DNA of 61,715 nucleotides, filler included, from Choristocarpus tenellus KU-1152 (lineage: Eukaryota > Protista > Phaeophyceae): NCBI GenBank assembly GCA_964200185.2. It is 13 parts of 13 records of this genome, joined end to end, with 100 filler letters (N's around TTAATTAATTAA, not from the genome) between each part and the next. Parts side by side here need not be neighbours in the genome. Positions count along the whole stretch, not along the records: positions 8,069 to 13,691 come from CAXNAD020010213.1; positions 13,792 to 18,376 come from CAXNAD020013907.1; positions 18,477 to 26,395 come from CAXNAD020005395.1; 10 more parts are not named here. One strand, given 5' to 3'. This document shows positions 11,184 to 22,406 of this stretch, piece after piece. A model generated the notes under the pieces. It made no database searches. It saw only the letters and a program-made list of their open reading frames with translations, and had not been told where the DNA came from. Made by a program: the position numbers and the translations under genes. Positions within the stretch are counted from its first letter, which is position 1. Each line of letters begins with the position of its first letter.

Positions 11184-11568
11184 TGTTGAAACACTAGTAA
11201 ACCCCTGAGCTACCGAGCAGATAGTCAGCGTGTTTCAACAAAAGTTACTCCCGGGGATTGCAAGTTGTTAGACTTGTTGAGGTTTCGCCCGAGGGTTGCT
11301 ATCCCTCTAATCAGTGACAAGCTCGGCGGGGTATTTACTAGGTGAGGTTGTATATCCTGGCGGTGTGTTACAGCCTTTTGACGGATGTGACCTCGGCGAG
11401 ATTCGATCCCACAAGAGTAGCGTTTGTTGAATCACTAGTAAACCCCTGAGCTACCGAGCACATAGTCAGGCTGACTTTTGTTGAAACACCAGTAAGCTCC
11501 TGAGCTACCGAGCAGATCGTCAGCTGACTATCTGCTCGGTAGCTCAGGGGTTTACTAGTGTTTCAACA
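11184..11568. mobile_element. 385-bp TG...CA insertion with 5-bp TSD (solo-LTR-like) and 45-bp terminal inverted repeats
   Basis: Begins TGTTGAAACAC, ends GTGTTTCAACA; TCAGT at 11179-11183 and 11569-11573; interrupts the Copia protease region. Confidence 0.85.
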
Positions 11569-12239
11569 TCAGTCTCGGCAATATTGCACCACCCTGATGT
11601 CTCGCAGATGGTCGGTCCAAATGGAGCACAAGTTGTAAGCTTGTGTGGGTACCACATCAACCTTCTTCATGGTGACCGTGTATGCTACTTCCTCTTTCTC
11701 TGGTGTCAGTACCATCTCTATCCAGTCCCATCCAGCAATTGATGCTCCTTTCCATGACCCACAACCACTTTGTCTCCGGGTAAATTCTTCATCCAACCTC
11801 GCACACAAGCAAAATAATGTATCATGTGAACGCTTGCTCCAGTGCTACAAATCCATTCTTTGCCTTCCGTTGGTCTCAACCAAGTCCCAGTCGGTATCAT
11901 CAGAAGCTACAAAGGCTTCTCCCCTTTTTTGCTTTCTCATCCTAACATTCGTGTCATGTGAGGTATGACCTAGAGTATTCTTGCTCCCGTCAGTACCAAC
12001 ATTGTCCCCATTTCCAGCACTTCCTCTACCACCATGACCACGATCGTGTTTAAGCTTCTTCATCTCCCATTGTTGCAATGTCTGTAACCCCTTTGCCATT
12101 CATGAAAGGTCGCTGTCAAATGCCCCGTCTGCCAATAGAAGTCATACTTTTTATCCTTGGTGCGACACTTGTTGCTAAAGTGTCCTTCTTGCCACATGCA
12201 TTTTATCCGCTCCAACCATGATACCACTTCCTCCCTCAT

Positions 12240-12365
12240 GACCATCAAAGCTACCATGGTTCTCCCTTGATGGGCAACTATCTCCGTTTTCAACTGTCGG
12301 GGACCATCAAAGCTACCATGGTTCTCCCTTGATGGGCAACTATCTCCGTTTTCAACTGTCGGGGA
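12240..12365 (+). repeat. Perfect 62-bp tandem duplication in Copia gag
   Basis: GACCATCAAAGCTACC... starts at 12240 and 12302. Confidence 0.92.
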
Positions 12366-13124
12366 ACCGGTTGGCAACCCCCTGTTCCAACTCTGACCTT
12401 GTTAAAGTAGTGGCTCTCATAAGCAATGTGTGTCTCTCCAGTTCGTACTCTTTTGGAAGTCCACCCAGAATTGGTCACGCTGAGTTCTTTGTCAGAAATT
12501 CTCTGACCCATTGCAGTCAGTCTCATAGTAAGCAGGCATACCTTTAGCACGTATGGTTGAGGCTCCTTCCCTGCTCCAACCCTGCTCCATCGAAACTCAC
12601 CCCTAACTCTGAGTCTCTCATCCAAGTTAACTGTTCATAATGGTCCATTAGTACATACATGGTGTTTCGTGGTGTCTCTTGTTCCATTACAATATCCAGG
12701 GTCATCTCCTTACACCCATTCAGAAGGGCCATACGCTCCCTGTTATAAATATCCAAATCATCCGTGCTCCCTCGATCTGTTTCCTGCAGATGGTCCAGGT
12801 CCCTACTGAACGCGCAAGTATCCATCACTCATCAATGATTCTAATAACATTGTCTTGCTACTCCCTCTGTCCCATGGGTCTGGGTCGTTAAGTTGTAGCT
12901 CTTCGGGATGACCTCCGATTACAAAACGGGCTTTTGCCTTGGGTTCCTTGGAATATTTTACATTAGAAAAAAAAATCAAAGAATTCTAAGACGAATTGTC
13001 TTCTGAAATAGTTCTGAAAGAATAGAACACAGAATGGGGAATATTCTTTGTTAAGACATAGGCTACTCATTTGTTTCTTATTGATATGATACAAAACTGC
13101 CAGCTTGTACTGACTGTTGATTGG

Positions 13125-13519
13125 TGCACTGCACTGGTCGTTATTGTCCATTTATTTGTTGCGCATCCCAACTCGTCATCACATCAATGACAGTAGATAG
13201 AAGTATAGCATCAGAGTTGATATTCAGTTGATACACATCACACACAGGAACATCATAGCACGCGTCATCTAAGTTACTTTGGAACTTGTTCCGAGTGCAT
13301 TCCACTGTTCCTTCTGTTCTTCTTTTCCTCTTTGTTATTGTCCGTCATCTCTGGTCTTTTTTTTTATAAGCATAAGACTCCAGATGCAAGTTAATTGTTG
13401 GCTAGTATTTTTTCATTGGTTGCCATTGCCCCCACTGAATGCCTCAAGCTCACTCTGCAATAGTGCCCCTGAAGCACACTTGGATGTAATGCATACAGAG
13501 TTAAAACCATCTACGGAAA
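13125..13519 (-). mobile_element. Diverged family D (hAT-like) copy, cut by a MITE at 13520
   Basis: Patchy similarity to 9755-9810 and 10005-10105; same ..RWF* stop position. Confidence 0.5.
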
Positions 13520-13691
13520 GGGTCAAAGTATCTGGGGGGGGGGAGTCGGCGTCCGTTTTTCACCCTTTTTTTTATTTCACTTTTTTGGTGTTATTTGGTC
13601 GCACGTGTCGGATTTGAAATGTCAGAAAAAAAAGAGTTGTTTGACCGAAACGGACGCCCCCTCACAAACCAACCCCTCCCCCCCCACAACA
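13520..13691. mobile_element. MITE family B variant (B2); further contig-end copies at 26332-26395 and 34836-34904
   Basis: GGGTCAAAGTATCT-Gn terminus; 13635-13685 is the reverse complement of 26345-26395 (GGTTTGTGAGGGG..CCGTTTCGGTCAAACAA). Confidence 0.8.
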
Positions 13692-13791
13692 NNNNNNNNN
13701 NNNNNNNNNNNNNNNNNNNNNNNNNNNNNNNNNNNTTAATTAATTAANNNNNNNNNNNNNNNNNNNNNNNNNNNNNNNNNNNNNNNNNNNN

Positions 13792-13950
13792 CTCTCTACA
13801 CTTGACCACTCTACACTTGACCACTCTACACTTGACCACTCTACACTTGACCACTCTACACTTGACCACTCTACACTTGACCCCTCTACACTTGACCACT
13901 CTACACTTGACCCCTCTACACTTGACCCCTCTACACTTGACCACTCTACA
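13792..13950 (+). repeat. 15-bp minisatellite (CTCTACACTTGACCM)n, about 10 units
   Basis: Direct reading; gives rise to the spurious LHLTT/VKCRV ORFs. Confidence 0.95.
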
Positions 13951-13984
13951 CACTACTCCCACCACTCAGAAACGTCTGCGTTGT

Positions 13985-14296
13985 GAGTCAAGTTGTCTTA
14001 AGAGGGTAGAACCGTATCCATTTGGGGGCCAAAATCCAATGTTGCGATATTGACGTAATTTTCGCGACAGTGTTCGTTAGGAAGTGTCAATATTCTTGTC
14101 GATATTCTTGTCAATATTCTTGTTCTTGATGGGGAAAACGCCTTTTCATAACATACACATTTTACCTACTCCAAAAAATTTTGGAGTAGGAGAATATCAT
14201 TTTTTTAACACACACACACACACACACACAGGAAGCCAAGCCGAAAATGGGCAAACAAACAGGGCAAAACTCGTACCATCTAAGATTCTTTCACTC
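13985..14296 (+). mobile_element. MITE family A, full length, with internal (CA)n and a 12-bp triplication
   Basis: GAGTCAAG..TCTTAAGAGGGTA ... TACCATCTAAGATTCTTTCACTC; TTGT on both flanks. Confidence 0.88.
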
Positions 14297-14394
14297 TTGT
14301 GTACCACAGCACAGTGGAGCATTGACACGCCACAAGCACTGCTACAATCGGGACAACCGCCACCCTCAACAACGGCATCAACAAATCGTGCTCC
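14297..14394 (-). CDS. Ankyrin-repeat-like exon abutting the MITE
   Basis: After TGCAG acceptor: ARFVDAVVEGGGCPDCSSACGVSMLHCAVVH, resembling the ankyrin GxxP(D/N)....GxSxLHxA motif. Confidence 0.4.
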
Positions 14395-14707
14395 TGCAGT
14401 CGTAGTTCTTGCCCCATCAGCTATCCTGTTTCCTAAGGCATTTACAAATCTCGAATTACTGTTACTACATAGAGGTGTACAGTCCATCAAGACCATTCTC
14501 ACTGAGCACTGCTGCACTTGTACAGTTTATACTTCGTACTACACAAAATGTACTTGTACGAAAAGGTATTGTTAGAGTACATTGGTGTGTCAAAATCCAT
14601 CGCTTGCACAACGTACTTCCCCTCTTGGTACCTCACAGACCAAAATCACCGTTGGTTTCAGTCCAAATAACGTGTTGAGTACAGGTTGAAAAATTACTGC
14701 GGCGAAT

Positions 14708-14953
14708 ATAATTCACCATCTCTTTCCAAGATAAATGTGGCAATGACTCACAAGATGTCGTGTTAATTTTAGACACCAAGAAATACCTCGCAATCAGAGG
14801 GAAAAAACCATTACATATACATACATGTATGTATGTATATAATAATTCACCATCTCTTTCCAAGATAAATGTGGCAATTACTCACAAGATATCGTGTTAA
14901 TTTTAGACGCCAAGAAATACCTCGCAATCAGAGGGAAAAAACCATTACATATA
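14708..14953. repeat. Near-perfect tandem duplication, 134-bp period
   Basis: ATAATTCACCATCTC...CCATTACATATA at 14708 and 14842; three substitutions seen. Confidence 0.9.
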
Positions 14954-16318
14954 TATAGATATATATAGATATAGATATATATCTACATACATGCATGAAC
15001 TATAGGAACAACACACCTGCCAAATCGCATACAGACTATATCAATATGACTTTTTTGTTCTGTGTCCCTATTCTTAGCAAACTATGTATGTATCGATTCC
15101 ATCACCATTAGCCACTATTGGTCGCTAATCTATTTCAACACACACACACACACACGTATCGCATTAGGGCATATTGAGGTAATGATGTCTCTCTGGGACA
15201 CAGATCTCTTGCACCCTCTCCTGCCGAAAAAAAAACAAAAAAAACATGCCAACTCAAAAGAAAACCCTGCAGCAACAACAGCAGGGAAGAATATCTAAAT
15301 ATATATATTTTTTATAACGATTTACTTCAAGCTGAAACAAAATAGAGATTGAGTCACAATGAACACCACAGACTTGTGTAACAGAAAAATGAAAAAAATG
15401 AAAAAAAAGGAGCCTCAAAATAGTTCTGAAAATATATATATTTATTTTTTATGTTTTTATATATTCGAATATGTCACAAAAAAAAAAGGTTGATAACAGA
15501 GAAAAAATACTTCAATGCTTAATATTCATCCCAAAAGGCAGTGCTGTAGCAAATCATGTAAATAGAGCTTATCCCATGATTTCAGCAACAGCAGCTGGTG
15601 GTGAGCAGAGACAGGTTACCCCAGGGTTCCTAGCCGCCAACACCTCCCAAGGCGGTCAGCCTACCATGCAAGTCAGTGAGAGAACAACTGCAAATATCAA
15701 TCATTTTTGCCGTTTTTAGGGGGATAACTGTCGGTGGCAATAGACTGTGCCTTCAAACCATTACCATCAGCAGCAGAAAGGGTGCATTGATCGTAGTGGA
15801 ACCACTAATACAAAAAAAAGAAGATTTTGCGTGGGTAGTCAATCAAGACGGCACTGCTTACAATAATGATTTGATTATACATCTATGTTCAGATTTCTCA
15901 TTCATTGACGGAATGAGAAAAGGCAAGACGGTAGGTACTCCTTCGCAAGTTCTCATCCATAGTCCAAGTCAAGTAAGTCTGTGTTCCTACCTCAACACAC
16001 ACACACACACACCCCCCCCGCTAGAATCAACCCCGACGCACCTGAACCCCCCCCAAGAACTGCCCTCTCCCCTTCTTCCTCAATTAACTGTGCCAATGCA
16101 TCTGTTGTCCCTAAGATGGAAGCACAGTTCGAAGGAAACCCACGTATAGCCAGAAGCACACACTCCAGAGTATCTAACATATAGTCTTGCTTCCAAGCAC
16201 ACTACCAAAAAGTTCATCGATACCCACACACCACTCCACTGTACTGAGTGTTGGCCCATCTAACACAGCAAAAGCACCCTACAGCTCTGCAATTCACTTA
16301 TTTCTGCAGTTGAATCAC

Positions 16319-17690
16319 CTTGACTGACCCATCGTCACAACCTGAGAAAATGTGGTTGGGTTGCCCTCGCCACTGTGCCAGCGCCCGGACTGCCCTTGGT
16401 AATCCATCACCCCCCCGAGCCGACACCACTTCCTCACTCAGTCTTTGCACTTTGTGCGCATGGCTTATTTGGTGTGCACATGTTGGGAGGGTTGGAGGAA
16501 GGAGTACTTGTAGTGATCAAATACCCAGGTGGATATTATAGATTTGTGAATGACGTAGACAATGGCCAGAAGAACACACACCCAAACCCGACCAGAACAC
16601 TAACCTAAAACCCCACGAAAAACAAACCCACTGTTCCAGGCAGTCTCTTGGTTCTCAACTTAATATTCTGGTGCTTCAATCCAGGGGATGGATCCATAAA
16701 AGCATTTCATCGATGTCACCTAATCGAGCAAAGACGTGAAGCGCCTCAAAATCGAATGTCATGCGACACAAGACTTCAGGTTGTTCAATTTACACACTCC
16801 GAGACTCACTAGCAGGTGTTTCCTCGCTGGCAATCCCCTTGAGCGTAGTACCGGCATATGTCAAAGGTAAAGGCATCTCCTCCGTGCCCCTTTAATCCCC
16901 CACCATGGTCCCTACTATTGTTGTAGCCACCCCGCCCAGTCACAGGCCCGTTGCTATACCTGCCTCCCCTCCCACTGGCATGGAGATATCACGCACAGAG
17001 GCATCACGAGTGCCCATTCCGCGACAATCGTGACCGAGACAGAAGAGTCAGTGGTAAGGCCATATTTGAATGTATGGGTCATGTCCATCTAGAGGCAATG
17101 TATGCATAGAGGGAGGGAATGAGATTGAGTGATATCCTGACCTTCTCATAGATCAGGCGTGGACAATAGCGGTTTACATGGAAGAAAGTAGGCGATCCGG
17201 TTCATGAATTGCATTTTGTAGTCAATCGTGTTGGGTTTCTTACTACGTGTCGAAGACCGTATCATTGAGATTTTCGAAATATAATAGGAAAAGCTGGGTC
17301 CACTACTTTTACTGGAGCTAGTGGTGGTACCAAGTCCTGTTGCAATGATGCTCTATACACTATATGCTAAATTTTTCTTCAAGAAAACGCGGCAGAGATT
17401 CCCATGGCGAGGTTGTCCTCCTCACGACACGAGTTCCACAACCCACAACAGCAACCTCCCAAGAATCTCCCACATCATGTCTTAGCATCAAAAGATGACT
17501 AGAGCATGATAGGAGCAGCTGCAAAGGAGCGGACACCGTCGCCAGTAGATATAAGAGCGTGACTAATAACGTCCACGCGCTTGTTGCAAGGAGGTCGTTT
17601 CTTAGGCAGCATTCTTGAAGAGAGGAACACTCACCGGTAGGTTGATCGTCCCCGACCCCTAGAGCGGCTCCGTCCCCCAAAGCTCGACAT
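16319..17690 (-). CDS. RGG-rich / CCCH zinc finger / WD40 protein (ZFWD-like), first three exons
   Basis: Exons 17690-17635, 16974-16810, 16463-16319 splice in phase (2,2,0): MSSFGGRSRSRGRGRSTYR-GRGGRY...ICRYYAQGDCQRGNTCYHAH (C-x7-C-x5-C-x3-H completed across an intron)...AVRALAQW..HIFSGCDDGSVK (WD40). Downstream exons not resolved. Confidence 0.72.
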
Positions 17691-18169
17691 ACCACAGAGA
17701 TGCAATAACCACGGATTAGAGAAGGTATTGGGACCCGGCAGGCCCAAATGAGAGAGAAGGCACTCTACTTCCGTCTTTGGCCTCTCACACTTCGCACCAA
17801 CCTTGCACCGGCGTGATCTAATATCCTTCAATCTTCAGACTATCTTTACACACCATTTCAACAAACTAATTTACGTCAATTTGGACCTAGATTGTTGTAC
17901 ATCACCTTTCTTTTTTGAACGAAAACTGTCATTTTTAGCTTGATTGGACAAAAATCGACCTGTATTTGGTCAGTTCTCAAATCATACACAATTTTACAAA
18001 ATGATATAATCTCTCTTGCATCTCAACGTCATTTGAAGTATTGGTTGTTGGAAATATATATCCATTTTGTTTTGCTCACGAATTGTGGATTATTATTATT
18101 ATTTTAATTCTATGTTTGCATTCCTCCCTATTCCTTTTCTCCTCCCATTCTAACAACCCTTGTGAGCAA

Positions 18170-18376
18170 CCAGTGCGACCTCTTCGCCACTGATTTCCAG
18201 CCATTGCAACTCTGATGACCAACCAGGGCAAACCCCTTTTGCCACTGATTTCCAGCCACCACAACTCTGATGACCAACCCGGGCAAACCCCCATTCGCCC
18301 TTGATTTCCAGTCACCCCTTCCATCTGATGACCAACCAGGGCGAACCCCGTTCGCCACTGATTTCTCGTCACCCCC
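18170..18376 (+). repeat. ~56-bp minisatellite, about 3.5 units, cut by the contig end
   Basis: GCCACTGATTTCCAG..CTGATGACCAACCAGGGCAAACCCC repeated at 18186, 18241, 18297, 18354. Confidence 0.88.
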
Positions 18377-18489
18377 NNNNNNNNNNNNNNNNNNNNNNNN
18401 NNNNNNNNNNNNNNNNNNNNTTAATTAATTAANNNNNNNNNNNNNNNNNNNNNNNNNNNNNNNNNNNNNNNNNNNNCACAGACAGCGGG

Positions 18490-18605
18490 TGGCGGGGGGG
18501 GGGGGGGGGGCTAGTCTACACCAGGGTGTCCATTTGGGCCATAACCAGGGAAAGTGCACTTATATTATATTCATCCGACGTATGCAACCAAAACATAAAA
18601 AATCG
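18490..18605 (-). mobile_element. MITE family B partial copy near contig start
   Basis: GTCTACACCAGGGTGTCCATTTGGG..AAAGTGCAC..TATGCAACCAAA matches 10610-10690. Confidence 0.75.
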
Positions 18606-19499
18606 ATTTCGCTAAGGTCCTTTGCATTGCTTGTGGGGATGTGGTGAACGCACGACCCGACTGAACAATTCAGGTACCTACCTCCAGTACTTATATACGT
18701 GCTAGAAAGAAGAGATATAATGGAGATGTTATCCATGTGGTCTCAGTGCTGTCCCCCGTGGCCCTGTGCATGACTAGCACATGAGTATGGTGAATGAAGG
18801 ATACATATATTATACCCCAAGGATGATGGAAGCGAAAGAGGCTTTGCCTTATCAAAACCACAATAGGGATACAGTGGCAGTGAGACATCCCACTTTCTTG
18901 AACTGCGGTGCTGGGCAAGGGTTAGGGCAAGGCACAGTATATATATACTTTGTTGTATTTGTTGAATAAGTAGGCCTAGATATCTCAAGAAGGAGAGAGC
19001 ACCCTGCCATTAACTCAGATTGTACATAGTAAACACATTGCTGGCACCTCATTGGCTTAAGAATAATAGTAGTAGCATAGCCACCTCTGCTGTAATGAGC
19101 ATCTCTCTCTTGTCCAACAAACGTTGGCAGAAGCCACTCACATAATTTGACTAGGTACTACTTTATCAGAAAAAAAAATAGGCCAACAGAGCTTCATCAT
19201 ATATTTGAGCACACCTTCATGACTCAAATATCCCCCACCATCATTTCCAGTCAGGGCTGCCACACCAACATCCAGCAGCACTTCTTGTGTTGAGCACCTC
19301 ATATTTATTATATATATTTCAACTCCATATATATATATATGAGTATATAGTTATTTATCATACATATATATTGAAAAAAACCTTCACAACTACTTCATTG
19401 GAATAATACACTTCGCTTGCTGTTGAAAAATTTGTTGCAACATGGCTCCCGTGGAAATACCACATGCATGCTGCAGAGTAGTTCAACAGCCCATTTCAA

Positions 19500-22406
19500 T
19501 CATGTTGGCATCCGAGAAAGCATCATTTTCTCAGCCTTATTCCTCATCTTGTATGCGTAGGCATGGTTCTCTTTTGAAATACGTTCCCTTTGTCTCCCTA
19601 GAGATTCCCGGGCATTCAACAGTACCTGTGTAAGGGTTAGGGTTTAGTTGATTAGGTCTCTCCAATGTAGTAGCTAGTGGTGGCAATGACTTCATGTTCT
19701 ATTTGTCGTTTCCTGTGATCGTACCACTCCCTCTCTGTCAAGAGGGATGAGGGAGTAAACCAAATAACTAATGCGCTTTAATGCGTTGATGTTCAGGTGT
19801 ACAGTGATTCAAGGTCATGACCGGTCCCAGCGAAGTATGTTCAGAGATCCCCCCATCAAATGTTGAATATTATGCAATGGTTATGCCTCATATATCTTCG
19901 TCAAAAAGATGACAAGGTCACTGTGGGTGGCTTTGTGCAGGCTACTCAGCAGTTCGCTCGATCGCGCTGTTGTGGAGCATAAGGTGCCCATACTGTGTAG
20001 TACTTCAATTTATTATGGGGAAAAGATTAATATCGATGAAAAAAATACAAGGTTTGAACTAAGCGTGTCAGATGTCAGCAGCAGTAGGATTCAACACCCA
20101 CACCACAATCATTATTGACATGTCATGAGATAGGGTTGACTTCCACACCCATCACTTACAAGAAAGTTCCAAGAATGATGTAAGAAGGGGAATCAATCCC
20201 TCGCTCACATTTCTGATTTCCTCATCCAAAGTGGTTGAACGAGCATGGGCTGCCTTGATCTTGCTCTCGATTATCCTTCGTGTTGAGGCTAAAATCTTTT
20301 CCTTTTCCTGCAAGTGTGTAGCTCGGGGTTAGGGGTAAATGAACGATATGTAGGTTCTTTTTTTAACAAAGTCTTTAAGAGTTATTTGTGGGCAGACAAT
20401 ATATAATTGGGACAGACGGAGTTGTCATAAAGGGTGTTCTTACAGGGGGTTTAATATCAGATCCAGAATGCTATCCTCTACGCTGTACATTCATTCCAAA
20501 CTAAAGAAAGGTAAAGGAGCACAGGATAAACTGTATGGACCCAATGCTACTATTCATAACTATATCTGCTAGAGCTCTACTATATCAGACCTCTACTGTT
20601 TCAAATTTATGTAGCCACTATTGATATGACTCGGTAGACAGCTACCCTGCTCGGTGTAATATTAGAAACTCCTACAAAGTTTGACATAAAGCAAATGTAT
20701 GCTTTGTTATATGCACTATACTAGTACATGTTTGGATATTCTACATCGTTTCCGTTCTTCATGAAATTTCAAACGAAAATTATTCTTCACGACCATGATT
20801 TCAACATACCTCTTCGAATACTTTTGAGGACTCTTCCATAGCCCGCAGATGAGCCTCCTCAAGGTCGTGCAGTGCCCTCTCTTTCTCAATTCTGCGTCTT
20901 TCCCCAGACTTCATGTCACTGGAGTCTCCAAGTCTGCTTGGTAGTGTTATTTCATGCTCATGCGTCCTCAATGATCGTTGCACCAATTGTTGTTGTTCAG
21001 GCAGTAGAGTATCCTGTCCTCCGGCATTATCAAGATTACATATGTTGCTATTACCAGTCTGATCAACCCAGGGAAATCCTTCGTTATCACAGGGAGATTC
21101 AGTGTGTGCGACACCAATAGCATAATAGTTTTCTTGTCAATTTTGTAATAATCTTTGAGACTCGGTATTATGTATTGCTGTATTTGGTCCAAAGACAACC
21201 ATACCAATATCCACTGTTGTGAACCCCCCCTACTTTTTTCTTGTATTTTCTTCAACGAAATGTAAAGAACTGCTGTCACCTTGATACGTGGGTCCTCAAC
21301 AAACGGTTCTTCGAGCGAATCTTTGCATTCTCCCACTCCGTTCTCCTTCGATTCACCGTCTCCATCCCAACGCGGAGATATTCGTTCCACACAGATGCCG
21401 TTGAGGTCCTAGTGTACAGCCGATAACCATGCACGAAGCATCAGGTATAGTGGTCGTGATCCACCTTAAATTTCTTTGAGCGATATGAGGGTATCGTGAC
21501 AAGTTCTTCGTTTCTTTCATTTAATATTGTTGGTTCGGGGTCAAACAAATTCCTTGCATGTCGACATCTTGCGAAGAAAGTCACACGCAGCAGGTTTTCT
21601 CTACAGAATTGCAGTTGACAAGATACATTGTATAGAAAAGATGGAGCTTACGATAAGCCCTCACCTTCAATTGAGGAAGAGCGTTCGAGACAACATCCCG
21701 AAAGTTGTGGTTGGAGCTGCAGGGATTTCCCTCCAGATTTAATATCAACAGAAAGCAGGGAAGCTCATCTGTATTGAAGTCCCCGATGGTATTGTTTGAC
21801 AAGTCCAGCACCTGAAGCTGCATGTAACACCAGCGAAGATGAATCAGTGCGTAGCGTAACCCTGCGCAGGCATTCTTGAGTCGTCCACAAGGTCAAACAT
21901 GTTGCTTGTAGTGCGTGTCTCGCCTTGTTAAGATGTCGGATGTTTTGCAGGCAGGATATGCGGTTGGATCCCAGTGCCAAAAACTCCAGATTTACCAATG
22001 TATAAAGCTCATCGATCTCCTTGATGCGATTGTGCTGCAGGTAGAGCTCCCTAATATTCGTGAAGACATCCAAATTCTCGATATGGAGAATATTCTTCCA
22101 GTCCAGACGAAGAATGGTGAGCTTGAGCAATTCTTCAGCCCTGGGAAAAATACGGGGTGTTGAGATGGGAACAACCGCAGAGGAGAATCATACCCCCTTG
22201 CACAATGTATTAGCGATCGTTCGCTTTCTTGGAGGATGCATCCTCCTGATAAAGTCTACCATTTCAAAAACTTTTCATGGACTTGTCTCTCACACGTCCC
22301 CTGCCTCCATGCTGTTGATCGTTGAGTGGTTGCAGTGGCGGATAAGGTCCATTGTAAGACGTTGGGAAGGATCTCCATTTTGGTCCTCGTCACCCTTTGG
22401 TGGCAT
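19500..22406 (-). CDS. LRRC46: Leucine-rich repeat protein 46 orthologue, complete 7-exon model (1086 nt, 361 aa)
   Basis: Exons 22406-22294, 22140-21924, 21817-21665, 21408-21280, 21058-20810, 20307-20209, 19625-19500, all in phase; intron 2 is GC-AG. SDS22-like LRRs and the LQVLDLSNN..DELPCFLLILNLEGNPC..FRDVVSNALPQLKDLNG cap resemble LRRC46; coiled-coil tail. Confidence 0.82.

Larger units (their letters stand above)
8990..12880 (-). mobile_element. Decayed Ty1/Copia LTR retrotransposon (gag-protease-integrase; RT/RNase H not seen), interrupted by four insertions
   Basis: Minus-strand relics in Copia order: gag (ALLNGCKEMTLDIV..LMDHYE; LTAMGQRISDKEL), zinc knuckles (KCMWQEGHFSNKC), protease (EWICSTGASVHM; DVVPTQAYNLCS), pre-integrase (EFH*QIGHPH..CVGC), integrase core (SLGGWYYSMIII; VRAV*SYEGGKF; TPEYNGVAE*; LWAEA), SH3-like tail (TP*EFWHG..YGT..SRSVTWH). 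Many stops and frameshifts. Confidence 0.9.

Noticed and set aside
13792-13950. Repetitive ORFs (LHLTT / VKCRV), also FIDFID at 28797-29081
   Set aside because: Translations of 15-bp and 9-bp minisatellites; the second lies in a PPTC7 intron.
18170-18376. CRISPR-like repeat-spacer pattern
   Set aside because: Whole units are homologous with no unique spacers, there are no cas genes, and the context is eukaryotic.
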